NCBI GenBank assembly: GCA_003344405.1
Contig: NOWV01000275.1
Span: forward strand, 50,328 to 70,327
Source: Trichoplax sp. H2
Lineage: Eukaryota
Reading direction: 5' to 3'
Length of the DNA: 20,000 bases
Positions 1-10,488 of the stretch are shown here, in pieces. Each line of letters starts with the position of its first letter. The first letter of the stretch is position 1. A model generated the notes under the pieces. That model did no database searches, was not told the DNA's origin, and saw only the letters and a list, made by a program, of their open reading frames with translations. A program made the translations under genes and the position numbers.

Positions 1-441
1 TCTCCTTCATGTTGAGAAGATTGGCCATTTGGACTGTCTTGATTTTTATTTGCTTGAAGAGGATGATGATTTCCATTCTTTCCAGCAGTTTTTTTATGTA
101 TTTGTTGTTGTATCTTGATGATTGGATTACTATCCAATCCAAGGCCTTCGTTCAGTGGATCGAATGGATTAATTTCAACAGGAGCATTTTGATTATTTTT
201 AGCTTGAACGCCTTGACGTTGCTGACCAGAAAATGGTTCGTCTTCATCCGCATGCTTACCACCACGTTGAAATCGCCTTTTCTTTTTGGAAGGGGCTCTG
301 AATAGGTGTGGTGGTTTGATGGCAGCTTCCTCTCCTTCCTCATGTTGAAAGGGATTCATTTGAATCCCAATTTCGTCCTCATCATCATGCTTCATACCAT
401 GGCCTCGTTTTTCTATTAAAGGATCGTCTTCGTTGTTATGC
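1..441 (-). CDS. Second coding exon (partial, runs off window) of the signal-anchored protein; hydrophilic low-complexity region
   Basis: Acceptor TATTCCTAG|G at 443-442. It joins the phase-2 donor at 521 in frame and reads RHNNEDDPLIEKRGHGMKHDDEDEIGIQMNPFQHEEGEEAAIKPPHLFRAPSKKKRRFQRGG...SSQHEG with no stop down to base 1. Confidence 0.7.
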
Positions 442-521
442 CTAGGAATATCAAATTAAGCCTTTGATTTACTGTATCCTTTTCTTACCTATGAAAATGA
501 TGATTCAAATTTGTTGCTTAC

Positions 522-1054
522 CTTCGCTGCTTCTCCTGCTTATTCCCACCGCGATGCAATGAGCGGAGTGGATCATCTCCTGCTGGCATTTGTTGTATAT
601 CAATATTTTCATCGTTGTTCAATCCATCAAGATTGTCGTCTTCGCTTTCTCTGCCTATTGCATCCATTTTTTGAAGACGTGTAAGAAACTTTTTCTTCTT
701 CCTTTTATTGCGTTGAAGTCCAGCATGAGGAATAACTAATGCATGATTTCGTTCTTGGTTTTGGCTGTCCAAATCGTCGTTGTTGCGCTTAATTTTGTCT
801 GAATTTCTTTTTTTGCTGTCTGCATGAATCTTAATATTAACAACTGGTTCATCAGGATCTTCTTCTAGGTTTAAATTGGGCATTTCATCATCTTTAGCCT
901 GGATATTGATCGCTTTCTTTGCAGCATCGTTGGCTTTAATCGACTGCTTATTATGGCTACCGAAGATAGCAACGTTAAAGGAAACAACGATGATAGTAAA
1001 AAGGACACTAATAGCAATGATCCGCTTGAGCCGAAAGCCTCCTGGTATCCGCAT
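522..1054 (-). CDS. First coding exon of a type II membrane / secretory-pathway protein (basic N-tail, signal anchor, long acidic/basic stem)
   Basis: ORF 518..1054 starts in a GCCATCATG context. It reads MRIPGGFRLKR then hydrophobic IIAISVLFTIIVVSFNVAIF. Strong donor AG|GTAAGC at 521-520 gives an 80-nt intron to 442. An upstream acceptor GTATTTAG|G at 1071-1070 implies a non-coding 5' exon. Confidence 0.75.
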
Positions 1055-1289
1055 GATGGCAGCTAGCGCCTAAATACGTCTATTAGAGATAGAATTGAAT
1101 GAGTGAAGAAAGTACATTTGATAGTTTAGTACGTGTATCTTATTCGATCAAGAGTCGATTAGTGAGGTAGGCTACATTCTCAGTCATGATTTTAAGTCTA
1201 ATCTTATTTTACAAGCTATGATACGAATAGCATGATTAACGTTCAAGTGGGCTAAAACACGATGGTCATTCCTGGCTATGAGCTAATTT

Positions 1290-1560
1290 CAAAATTTGCC
1301 TCCAATTTAAGATCAAACTATGCCCTTACTTCTTTCCTGACTCTAAACCAAGTCCAAAACTTATCTGGAATTTAAGATCAGACGATACCCTTGACTGCTT
1401 TCCTAACTCTAAACCAAATCCAAAACTGGCGTCTAATTTTAGATCTAAATCATACCTGCAGCTGCTTTCTTGACTGTAAACCAGACTATACGGACTATAC
1501 GGATTCAATCCTATCTTACTTCTTTCCTGACTATAAACTAATCTTAAAACTTGGACATTG
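1290..1560. repeat. Degenerate ~65-bp tandem repeat (about 4 copies)
   Basis: AATTT(A/T)AGATC recurs at 1304, 1369 and 1435. The core CT(T/G)CTTTC(C/T)T(G/A)ACT.TAAAC occurs four times. Confidence 0.75.
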
Positions 1561-1569
1561 CAGAATTTT

Positions 1570-1865
1570 ACGATTGAATCATGCGATAGGGGTAAGGCCA
1601 AAATGTCCTCAACGTTGTGCTTTCGTTACTATAAACTAATTGCAGAATGATTGTCTAACCTTAGGATCAATTTATGCGATACAAATAAGGCTAATATCGA
1701 GCTAAAAACATCAGAACGAATTGCTTTCGTCATTACAAGCTCATTTCTGTATAAGAGTCTAACATTAAGATCAAATCATGCGATAGAAGGCTAATGGCGC
1801 CAAAAGATCATCAACGATCTGTTTTCGCCATTACTAGAGGAATCTAACTTTAGGATCCAATCGAA
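1570..1865. repeat. Degenerate ~90-105-bp tandem repeat (about 3 copies), related to the preceding repeat
   Basis: ATGCGATA at about 1581, 1674 and 1778. TCTAAC.TTA.GATC at about 1654, 1758 and 1843. Confidence 0.65.
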
Positions 1866-2100
1866 AAACTTTAGCCAATCAAGTCTGCCCAAAATGATAC
1901 CTTGTAACTTACAACTCCACTACGATCGCTATATTATCATTTGTAAAACTCTGTTATCCATTAGGAGCAAATCATTGGATATAACTAAGGTCATTTTCGA
2001 TAAAATAACTTAGACTTGCTACTCTCTTGTCGTCTATGGAAATGGATGCTTATTTTAGCCTTTAAAACAGGCAAGTCAGCAATTCTCCTGCAGTCGCTGA

Positions 2101-2420
2101 CTAGAAAAGCAAGTTATGAAGTAGTCGAATGGAGGCAAAATAGCATCGAACAAGCTCATCGACGATCTAATTTCAACGTGTGTGTTTAGCATGAAGAGCA
2201 AAGCAAAGGATACTGCTAAAGCAAATTGTCAAGAATGAATTGTTGACCCAAGGTGACTATGATTTTAGCCATTCTCCAACAGTCTCTGTCTAGAGGAGCA
2301 AGTTATTAGATAGCCGAATGGAGGCAAAATACCATCCAACATGCTCATCGGCGATCTAATTTCAACGTGTGTGATTATCGTGAAGAGCAAAGCAAATTGT
2401 CAAGAAAGAATTGTTGATTA
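2101..2420. repeat. Two-copy tandem duplication (offset ~190 bp)
   Basis: CTAGA..AGCAAGTTAT...CGAATGGAGGCAAAATA...GCTCATCG.CGATCTAATTTCAACGTGTGTG...GAAGAGCAAAGCAAA...TTGTCAAGAA.GAATTGTTGA starts at 2101 and at 2290. Copy 1 has an ~18-bp extra segment bounded by AAAGCAAA. Confidence 0.85.
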
Positions 2421-3841
2421 TATGATACAAGGTGGCCATGATTTGATCGCAAATAGACTACCAGCATTTCTGATGGGTAGAAAAAGAAACTGCGATTGGA
2501 GTAACATGATTCATGAATTGGTCGCGGTTGGGGTTAGTACTGCTATCATTTCCAACTTTGACTGAAAAGGATCAACGGGTAATAACTCATTCTGGTTTAG
2601 CTTCGTTACTATTCAACACTAATCAATGTAATTAACTTATACAGTATCATAGAAAAATAATCCAATTAAGTCATGGAAGAGCAATCGAAGCAAATAAAGA
2701 ATCATTTTATCACTAGGGTAAATGGTAGCAAAACAGGACATGATAAAATGGATCGAATGGCATTGAGAATCCTGTGCCGGTACCGAACACGTCGATAAAA
2801 GCTTGCTATCGTTTTAGATCATTCAAATTCAATGCGAAAGTTATCCACAATCACTAGGATGGCTTGATCATGGTGGCTATTGGCCATAAAATGTTACCGT
2901 ATGCGGGTGGCGCCATCATCGAGTCGTTATTGCAGTGGGATCAATAAAGTGACGATGGAAGAATAGATTGATTCTAATTATTGGACTAATGTACACAGTG
3001 GCGAAAGAAAAATAAATAGTTACTATTGCAATTACTCGACAACATCGGTCATTGCTAAGGAAAAGCACATCAATGCTTCTACAATTTCCTTTGCCAAACT
3101 GCAGTAAATTATGAAATCGTATTGGAACAAAAAGAACGATGGCTAGTAGATGATTTTAACAGTGGCCAATGGATCGTTGGACAGAAACCGTCCTACCAAT
3201 ATTATGTTTGAACGAAAGTCTCCATCCATTAGGGCCAACAAAGATGATCAAATATACTATGATGGCTCAATCAGGGCGAACTCAATGAAGAGAATTGGCA
3301 ATGGTGTATTATCAATACTATTTTTCAATTAGAAAATACTGAATAGATTGACATTAAATGAGTTATCATCAACATTGAAGCATGGATAGCTTTCATCGAT
3401 GATCGATGATAAGATATTTAATAATACGTAACTGATACCTGCTAGATGAAATCCTATCCTACGCTAAGACGTAGAGAAGGCAATGGTGATTTTGAATCGA
3501 GTTGAAATGATATTCATATTTCATTCAACGATCAAGGAAATGATTTTATCCCAACCCTCTCTGAAAATAGATTGTCATCCCCTTGCTGGCCATCATGGCG
3601 ATGTGGACATTGGAAAGAGAACAATATGGCTTTGTCATCGCTTAAGTAATAGCCGTAGTGATCATTAGTGTCCATCACCAACGATAGGATACCTCTTTTC
3701 CTTAACTCAAGTAGGATTGATACTAGTCTAGATACTCTCTTTTCATCATCCTTTGGGCTAGGACCCATATTAAATAGAAGTATCCTTTCCTATCGATGAA
3801 TGATAACAATTTCCAGAATGGCTATAGTAAGCTTAGCTTAC

Positions 3842-4040
3842 CGGATAATTTCTTCTTCGTAATAGTCTTCAATGGCGGACTTGATGAATGGAGTGGAGAG
3901 AAATACCCACAGGACATGAATCAGTCAATGAGCGGAGGAAAGGATCTACCAAGAATAGAAGATGGAAATTAATTATTAAATAACAGAGAACAAGAAGAAA
4001 TCGATAGGACTGTTTGCCGCTAATTCGATTGCAAGAATCA
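3842..4040 (-). other. Candidate non-coding 5'-UTR exon of the left-hand gene
   Basis: Strong donor CCG|GTAAGC at 3841-3840 could splice to the acceptor at 1070. The 5' boundary is not definable. Confidence 0.25.
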
Positions 4041-4046
4041 ATCGTT

Positions 4047-4286
4047 GAATCGTTCAACGGCTTAATTCCGTTCCCCCCCCCCCTTCTCGCGTTGCTACCA
4101 TGAGCCGAAAAATACTAACTAACCTATCCAACCGCTACTTGAAGGAGAAAACTATCTTCCGAGAATCAGAGATGGCAGATTAAAATCAAGAATTATAGAA
4201 TAGAAAGTAAGGACAAGTCGATGCAACTGCTTGCCACTAATTAGATTACAAGATTGAAGGATAACGGAATCGTTCAACGGCTTAAT
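4047..4286. repeat. 20-bp perfect direct repeat, 220 bp apart, flanking a poly-C run
   Basis: GAATCGTTCAACGGCTTAAT at 4047-4066 and 4267-4286. The first copy overlaps the palindrome CGTTGAA-TCG-TTCAACG. A C11 run lies at about 4073-4083. Confidence 0.8.
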
Positions 4287-4952
4287 CACTCGTTAGTGCT
4301 ATTAGCCCGTCAATAATGGACCTATCGAGGCGCTGATTCCAGTCGATTTGACTAGTAGAATGGAGTAAGTTTAAGGCAATCTTTTACACTTTACACTTGA
4401 GAAGGAGTGATTCTCTATAGTGGAAAGTGTTGATATTCTACTCTGCGAGGTGGCATGGCCGATTACATAATCGCTACTTACTCTAGTATAGGATGGTGGA
4501 TAACAATTGAGTAGAAGAGGCAAGTTAATTAACATGGAGACATAATCATCTCCAATTGTATTGGATAACATTGCTACCATTGCAGGACTTATAGAGTAGA
4601 GGAATTCTATATACAATCGTCAAGGCAACATCCATCTTTTCATCAAAAGGTAGGAGTAGACAAGCCATTCTACTGTTATGTAAATAAAGCTACTTATTCA
4701 CTTTAGCTATTCTTGATGTTTGCCGCTAGTCTACTCTTTCCAATAGAAACAACAAGATTCCATGGAGTAGGATCATCTTGTAGACTCCATTGATTGTTCA
4801 GCCTCTATTCTATCATCCAGTAAATTGAATTTTATACCGGTAGCTTATGAATCTCTTTGGCATGGATCCATCGATGATTTACTACTTTTTTTTTCTTTTG
4901 CTAACGCAGTATAACTCTATCTCTACTCTTGTATGGCGGACGATAGCTTCCT

Positions 4953-5423
4953 CTTTACTTGCTGTTGATTTTCAATGGTAAAAGTACGTCGATCCTGTCA
5001 GTAAGGAGTAGTAGGAGTTGAACCATTGATTTTTGGCATGGACGCAGTATCATGGACCACTCGCCATTCTCCTATCTAGTCTGCACTTTTCAGCATCACA
5101 GGGTCTTTACTCTAGCACAACCGAGAGCATCTTCAGTTTTACTTGCTGCTGATTTCAATGATAGCACTAGGTTCTGTCAGCATGGAGTAATACTGTATGA
5201 ATCATATACCTTGTCCAAGAAAGCAGTGGATGACGGCAGCCGTGTGGATATTGCATGGCAAATACTAATTTTCCTTTTGTTGATTAGTACTTTCTTCTAC
5301 TTCTACGTTAGCTTGCACTTTTCAATAGGAGGCAGTTTTTACTCCTGTACAATGGAGAACATACCCAGCTTTACCTGCTGTTATTTTCAATCGTAGTAGT
5401 AGACCCTGTCAAGATGGAGTAAG
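4953..5423. repeat. Degenerate ~55-bp repeat, three clear copies
   Basis: TTTAC(T/C)TGCTG.T..TTTCAAT...CTGTCA...GGAGTA starts at about 4953, 5138 and 5369. Confidence 0.65.
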
Positions 5424-5783
5424 AGTATTATTACTGGTATACTATATAAAAGATAGCAATGCCTGATTATGAGAGAGATACTCGATGCGAAAGGCTATTT
5501 CTATAGTCAATTGCTTCATGACAAGGAATATCATCCATTTCTTGCCATTCTTCCATCAATCCAAAATGTTTAAACACGATCCGGCGCTCAACTCCAATTC
5601 TTCCACTATCTCTCCATTAAAATTTTCCTAATTATCCTTTACTCGTATCTTTCAGATGATCAATGTGTCCATTTTTTATTGTAAAGAGCAAAAATTGGAG
5701 TAGAGAGCCAATATGAAGATTGATTGGAGTAGTCCTTGATTATTATAATAGGAAAACTCTTGTGATACGATTTGGATAACCTT

Positions 5784-6945
5784 ACTTGACTCTTTACAGT
5801 CGGATTTCAGTTTGTAAACTCAGCTTTATAAGTCAACATGATTTATGTTTCTATATTGAATTGTAAATAGAACACGAGTGCGGCAGTTTGGATTCAAATA
5901 TTGGATCCATATGGAAATTAGTGCCTAGATAGACGGCATATTAATTTTCTATTTCGCAAGGATAGAAAGAAACTGTCTACGTAGGCAACAATACTAATTG
6001 GTATCTTATTGCATGCGTATAATCTAAGAAATATGGACTTCAGTAAGGATATTTCTGCTATACTTGCTTAGGTAGAATGCACACCGCAGAAGATTACTAT
6101 GTAAAAAAAAGAATCAAAATCATACTATTGAAATAGAAAGGTCATCTACGTATAATTTTACACTTTCTGAGAAAGAATCATAGCCATATCAACCGGATGG
6201 CCCGATACAAGTTTAAGCTATCTTACTCCATACAGCCGGCTTTTAGTTTCTAAAATGGATCTCAACAGTCAATATATTATATATTTCTATATTGAATTAT
6301 AAATAGAAATCAAGCGTGGCGGGTTTTGGATCTAAATATTCAAACTATAATGGAAATTTCTGCCTTGATAGACAGTATTTAATTTACTATTTCATAAAGG
6401 TTAGAATAGAATGATGATGTTGTCTTTGTAGGCAACATTATTAATTGGTATTCAGTTAATAGAATGTGTATTGTCCAAGAAATATGGACTTCAATATGGA
6501 TATTTCCGGTACACTTCCTTAGGTAGAATGCACACCCCAGAATATTAATTGATTAATGGAGAATCATGCCATAAAAAGGTTATCTACGTATAATTTCAGA
6601 CTTATCTAAGAAAAAAATAAGGGCAAACAAGATGGCTAGCTATGAGTCTACTTTACTGTCGACAGTCGGGTTTTAGTTTATTTATTTTTATCTCTGCATT
6701 GCAAATAGAAAGCAAGCGTGGCGAGTTTGGGACCCAAATATTCGATCCATAGTAGAAATTTCTGCCTTGATAGACAGTATTTTTAATTTTCTATTTCACA
6801 AGGATTGAGACAGAACATTGTTGTCTTCATAAGTTACATGACTTACTAGTATTGTATTAGCTGTAGATATACTTCTAATCCAACAGATATAATCTTCAAT
6901 AAGGATATTTCCGACATACTTGCTTAGGTAGAATGCATACCGTAG
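5784..6945 (-). pseudogene. Three tandem ~430-440-bp units, each a decayed exon plus intron of an unidentified beta-rich extracellular domain
   Basis: TTAGGTAGAATGCA at about 6068, 6518 and 6924. Minus-strand GTAA donors sit at equivalent positions (5785, 6226, 6656). A strong polypyrimidine acceptor ...TTTTTTACATAG lies at 6098-6097. Shared broken translation is LRCAFYLSKY.GNILIEV...NTVYQGRNFHYGSNIW.Q...FYLQFNIE, with many stops and frameshifts. Confidence 0.55.
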
Positions 6946-7204
6946 AAAAAGCAAAAACATAATTCTTAGAAATCTACTTCTTGTAACCCTGTCAATCAGT
7001 TGGGGACTAGTTTATTCATTCTATTGACTTCTGCATAGGATCAATCTGATTATATTTTAATAAAGGTTTTCATGGCTTGATGTGAATAAAACAGTATCTA
7101 ATTTTGTCATCGACATCAACATCATCAAAGTAGGAACAATATCATTATACAATTCATTAAAAAGTAATTTAGTTACTTACATCACATATTATGCAAGTGT
7201 ATAC

Positions 7205-7260
7205 CTCAAAGACTACTACAAATCACTTCATTCATCATCATCATTCCATGCTACTGCCGT
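7205..7260 (-). pseudogene. Decayed SRCR-domain fragment
   Basis: Reads AWNDDDE / EVICSSL across a 1-nt frameshift, matching the SRCR W-x3-D-A-x-V-x-C-x2-L-G spacing. Confidence 0.3.
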
Positions 7261-7711
7261 GATTAATCTAATAAGGAGGGTAATAGGTAATAGCATTGGG
7301 GCATCAAGCGTTTATAAACTTTCATACCTTGACATTTTTAATTCAATCTTCTATTTCTTACGCTTACAGTATCATCATATGACGTTATTTCCACTTGGAG
7401 ACAATTCTATCTATCACTTTATTTGCTGAGCTGAAATAAATAACTAGGACAGCCAACGATAAACATAATATCCATGTTAAAAAACAAATTATGATAATAG
7501 CCTACCTGGTATTGGCTAACAACAATCCCTCTAATCTATCATAACCAGTAATTAGTCTAGTATTTACTTCCGCAGCAAATTAATGTCAACTTAATATGTT
7601 CAACAACAAAAGGGGCCCGTAGTCATGTAAATAACACATCATCTTCTTGTTAATCAGCTGTTAGATCTGGTTGTTATGTCGTGTTTATTTTATTGGTTTG
7701 AATGACAATAA

Positions 7712-8009
7712 CTAATTATGTTGACAAGATGAATTTATCCAACCTAGAATATCAATGTATCGGAAAGGATTTTCTGCAAGACCCAAAGCAAAATATATTT
7801 ACAACTTCCGTTACTAGATATAAAAATAACATTTGGAGAATGGTTCATAATTGACTTTGAAAATGGAGAATGCGATATTCATTGCAGTTGAACGACATCC
7901 TCAATGCAATGTTTCTCCAAGACTTTCTATAGCTAAGACAGGAACTCATTGAGAAGGTTATCCAACATGTAGAAGAATACAGTCTCTGGTTCGGTCAAGA
8001 TGGGTAAAC
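7712..8009 (-). pseudogene. Decayed exon with TSP1-like C-terminal half and SRCR C-terminal fragment
   Basis: Acceptor ATTGTCAG at 8011-8010. Fragments RTRDC...SSCL...EKHC (TSP1-like) and NIFCFG / ENPFRYIDILGWINSSCQHN (SRCR C.G.E...GW...C.H pattern), with frameshifts and stops. Confidence 0.45.
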
Positions 8010-8089
8010 CTGACAATTCATTTGTAATACTAACATTAACTTATGAAAATGTTTCGTAACTAGAGTTAATTTATCGTTTATGCTATGAC

Positions 8090-8295
8090 CTTAGGATATC
8101 ATTAAGGCTACAGTTTTGCATTACAAATAGATATTATAACTATTTATCATGATAACATTGAATGCTTGCTTTCCGTTTGGTAGTGAAGATTAGCTTTTGA
8201 TCGATTGCCCTATTTCTCGATTGTATAATGGAGAAGTCCAAAATATTGTCCTCATCACGAACTACCTTTCTAATATTGTTACTAAATAAATCGTC
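8090..8295 (-). pseudogene. Decayed exon resembling the C-terminal half of a MAM domain
   Basis: Strong acceptor TTTTATTGGCTGCAG at 8297-8296. Reads TIYLVTI...TIFWTS...LPNGKQAFNVIM...TVAL/NDI (MAM L.V...W...F.V...IAIDDI pattern) with in-frame stops. Confidence 0.35.
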
Positions 8296-8537
8296 CTGCA
8301 GCCAATAAAAGCAAAAAAATAAGTTCAGTATAAAAATTTAGTTTTATTGTTTTGTAAGTTCAAACCTTAAAATTAAATATTAACTTCTCGATAACTGCAA
8401 AACTACTTTTTAGTTTGCAATACAGTAATTACTGTCTAATGATCAACATAGAAATCAAACCCTATATCGACTTTCACTATGGCTAATAGAATGTATTTTT
8501 TCTAAATATCATAAATTTATGTTATAAGAACTATTAC

Positions 8538-8866
8538 GGGTACATATAGATGATGCCAAAAATTTAAGCTGTAGCTTGATCCCATCATTTACAAGAATAG
8601 TATCTTGTACACTCGTATCAAACACTCATAAAGTAACTCTGAAGAGTAATAAATCATTAACCGGTAGATACGAACTTCTGTAAAGGTAAATTGCCATTTA
8701 GAGCGACTTTTTATATCAGCAAAGACGCAACCTTGGCTCTGTATTTGATGATAATGATGGAGTTTAAATCGTCGTGGAGATAGCATCCGTACTTGTTGAT
8801 TAACTTTCTATGCCAGTATTCCAATTTTCATTGGGCTGTTAGCAAAACTGTTTCTCCACGAAAAGG
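8538..8866 (-). pseudogene. Decayed MAM-like exon
   Basis: Acceptor TATTTTAG at 8868-8867 and phase-1 donor C|GTAATA at 8537. Fragments FSWR...VRMLSP...GCVF...WQFTFTEVRI...ELLYE / TILVNDGI...SSIC follow MAM motif order, with a stop and a frameshift. Confidence 0.4.
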
Positions 8867-9136
8867 CTAAAATATTTTATAGAGGACCAAATTTGCGTTG
8901 TAGCAATTATACGTATGTAATTTAAAAGTTAAAAGCCTACATGACTGATTACATTAACGCTGACAGTAATTTTGCGTCTAGATTCTTTTAACATGAATGT
9001 TAACTATATTAGAGAAGCTGTAACTGGTTAAAAATTACTTCAAACCTGTACTTTTAGGTCAAAATTTTGATCAGAGTTGGAATTTTAAGAAAGGTTTGAT
9101 GACTTTATTTTGAATAGAATAGCAACGTAAGCTATA

Positions 9137-9152
9137 TTAGGGTTAGGGTTAG
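9137..9152 (+). repeat. Short interstitial telomeric repeat (TTAGGG)2TTAG
   Basis: TTAGGGTTAGGGTTAG read directly. It abuts the truncated SRCR exon. Confidence 0.75.
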
Positions 9153-9216
9153 AGCCCTTGCATACTATTTTCCAACTGTCCTACAAGTCTTATGGACCCA
9201 GAAGCTTCTGAAACTG
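9153..9216 (-). pseudogene. Truncated SRCR exon (N-terminal strand only)
   Basis: Acceptor TTATATTGCTATAG at 9218-9217, phase 1. Reads AVSEASGSIRLVGQLENSMQGL (SRCR IRLVG.....G[R]) and then runs into CCCTAA repeats. Confidence 0.65.
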
Positions 9217-9437
9217 CTATAGCAATATAATTCGAAATTGAGTACGGTACTGAGGATTATCTATTCTTTTCAGGAAGTAGTTTCGCTATAAATTTTTAGC
9301 GAATTTTCGGCAGTATCAACATAAATGATGATGCAAAGCATATAGATTGATAGCATAAAATTAATTAATTAATAAAAGGAATAGTATAGCGTTGTCATCG
9401 TGCCGAATGGTAGCTTATACAAATGAAATTAACTTAC

Positions 9438-9551
9438 CACTAACACATTTTCTTCCACAGTAATTAATACCGCATTTGCATTGAAATCCAAAAAACATAT
9501 TTATTCAGGTGCCACTATTTTGGCAAGGATTAGATGTGCAAGGCTTATTGG
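9438..9551 (-). pseudogene. EGF-like domain exon with in-frame TGA at the third cysteine
   Basis: AAACAG| acceptor and G|GTAAGT donor, 114 nt, phase 1-1. Reads NKPCTSNPCQNSGT*INMFFGFQCKCGINYCGRKCVS, with TGA at 9507-9505. Confidence 0.85.
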
Positions 9552-9776
9552 CTGTTTATAAAATGTTAAAATTAAAATTATAAGATACCATTAATTGGGA
9601 TGGTAATTATTAGTAACAGAGACACTTTTACAATAAACGGTATCTTTTGCGTTTCGGTACGATATACACTGATGGATATAGATAATGTATGATTAAAAAC
9701 TATGGCATTTTTAACTTCTTATAACATGCTCTACCGTCATTAAAATATCCCGTAAAAGATATAGAATATTGCTTAC

Positions 9777-10230
9777 TTGAGTAAATTTCTCCTGCATAGC
9801 TGTTATTACAGCTCGTAACATTAGAATTGTATCCCGAACATTGGGAAAGAGATCTTTCAAAACCAGTACATTTCATATAAGCCAAAGCGTATTTAACTTT
9901 ATCTTTTCCAAAAATACTACCATCAAATTTGCTAACAGCTCCTGCATATCCAGCATGTTTGCCAATGACATGAACATCGTTTATAGTAAATTTATTGCTA
10001 CTTAATGGTACTATTTCGCTCCTTCCAATAACTACGTCGAGTCGTCCGAAATTGATTGCATTGCTATTAATACTACTGTTGATGATAAGTGAAGATCCAC
10101 TGGACAATTTCTCTGTTAAGCTCCTTGTGCAATTCTCTGCATGACAACTAAAACCACATTATCTGACTCTTCGAATCCTCCATCACAATTCCTTGTATAA
10201 CTCTTGAGGTACCCTTAACTTTCCCAGAAT
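9777..10230 (-). pseudogene. Degenerate SRCR domain exon preceded by TSP1-like fragment
   Basis: GRLDV...DVHVIGKHAGYAGAV...FG...MKCTGFERSLSQC...SCNNSYAGEIYS matches SRCR but three expected Cys are lost. Phase-1 donor A|GTAAGC at 9776. Upstream YTRNCDGG / CGFSCHAENC has a frameshift and a stop. Confidence 0.75.
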
Positions 10231-10488
10231 TATTTGAAATTTAAAGTAGATGATAAAAATGCCGAGTATTTCTAAAGTATAAGAGAAAATATTGCAATGG
10301 ATAAGCGGTATCAAAGGCTATTTAACGTATGTTTCAGTTAAAGATTTACTATAAATTTTCTAAAGCTCTGCTTATACTGTTGTAACATACTCATTTGCGA
10401 ATTTATTTAGTGTCTCAATAGAGTTCTAAACAAATTTTATATTAAAATTAACTGTTGTCGTTGTATTCAGACTATAATTAAGTATATT

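Noticed and set aside
9..343. ORF-track entries 9..305 (+) and 152..343 (-)
   Set aside because: They are antisense or alternative-frame shadows of the real exon 1..441.
1290..1865. CRISPR-like repeat/spacer array
   Set aside because: The repeats are degenerate along the whole unit with no unique spacers, there are no cas genes, and the context is eukaryotic.
2341..5396. Short ORFs at 2341, 3150, 3483, 3532, 3869, 4371 and 5052
   Set aside because: No recognisable motifs or consistent exon structure, and several overlap repeats.
5860..5955. Structured ncRNA or MITE in the 430-bp repeat (AAATAGAA...TTCTATTT arms, TGGATTCAAATATTGGATCCA hairpin)
   Set aside because: The inner hairpin is not conserved in copies 2 and 3. 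Splice signals and translation on the minus strand explain the unit better.
7729..8003. Plus-strand SCP2-like exon (WFIIDFENG)
   Set aside because: The minus strand gives clearer TSP1/SRCR motifs consistent with the neighbouring relics.
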